Below the pieces are notes generated by a model that was not told the origin of the DNA, searched no databases, and saw only the letters and a list, made by a program, of their open reading frames with translations. From contig NC_069000.1 in NCBI RefSeq assembly GCF_001194135.2, positions 23,520,589 through 23,584,588 of the forward strand: 64,000 nt of DNA, written 5' to 3'. Both the position numbers and the translations under genes were made by a program. Of the stretch, positions 63,871 to 64,000 are shown one piece after another. Source of the DNA: Octopus bimaculoides (taxonomy: Eukaryota). The first letter of the stretch is position 1; each line of letters begins with the position of its first letter.

Positions 63871-64000
63871 ATAACTATTGCAACTATAAAAATGACAGGA
63901 ATACAACAGAGTATAATTGCTAAACAGTTCAGTATTTTGTAGCAAAACTACAAGTGATTGTATTGTGTCAGATATTAATCTATTTCAAACTTTTTCTGTT

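Overview
AT-rich, microsatellite- and transposon-dense animal genomic DNA. The SINE/LINE families and the C2H2 gene style point to an octopus or other coleoid cephalopod, which is an inference and not a database hit. One host protein-coding gene is supportable, a + strand multi-C2H2 zinc-finger gene. Its two coding exons (38513-39044 and 52554-53743) are joined by a 13.5-kb phase-1 GT-AG intron that splits a TGERP linker, giving about 573 aa with 9 complete fingers, one degenerate finger, polyQ and polyA. A CpG-retaining region at about 29.6-34.4 kb holds what looks like a head-to-head promoter. It has an NRF1-like palindrome, a YY1-like motif and a splice donor at 31144-31186 (+), and an opposite-strand donor at 29985-29995 (-) belonging to an unidentified partner transcript. 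The rest is a record of many TE superfamilies: Chapaev-like, hAT, mariner, pogo/Tigger, RTE, CR1-like, Tx1-like, R4/Dong-like, Penelope-like, an LTR element and several tRNA-derived SINE families. The window also contains a 90-bp-arm hairpin, an intron-bearing tRNA-Tyr fragment and a 10-N gap. Most short ORFs in the supplied track are microsatellite or TE artefacts. No CRISPR arrays or rRNA genes were seen. TE boundaries given as round numbers are approximate.
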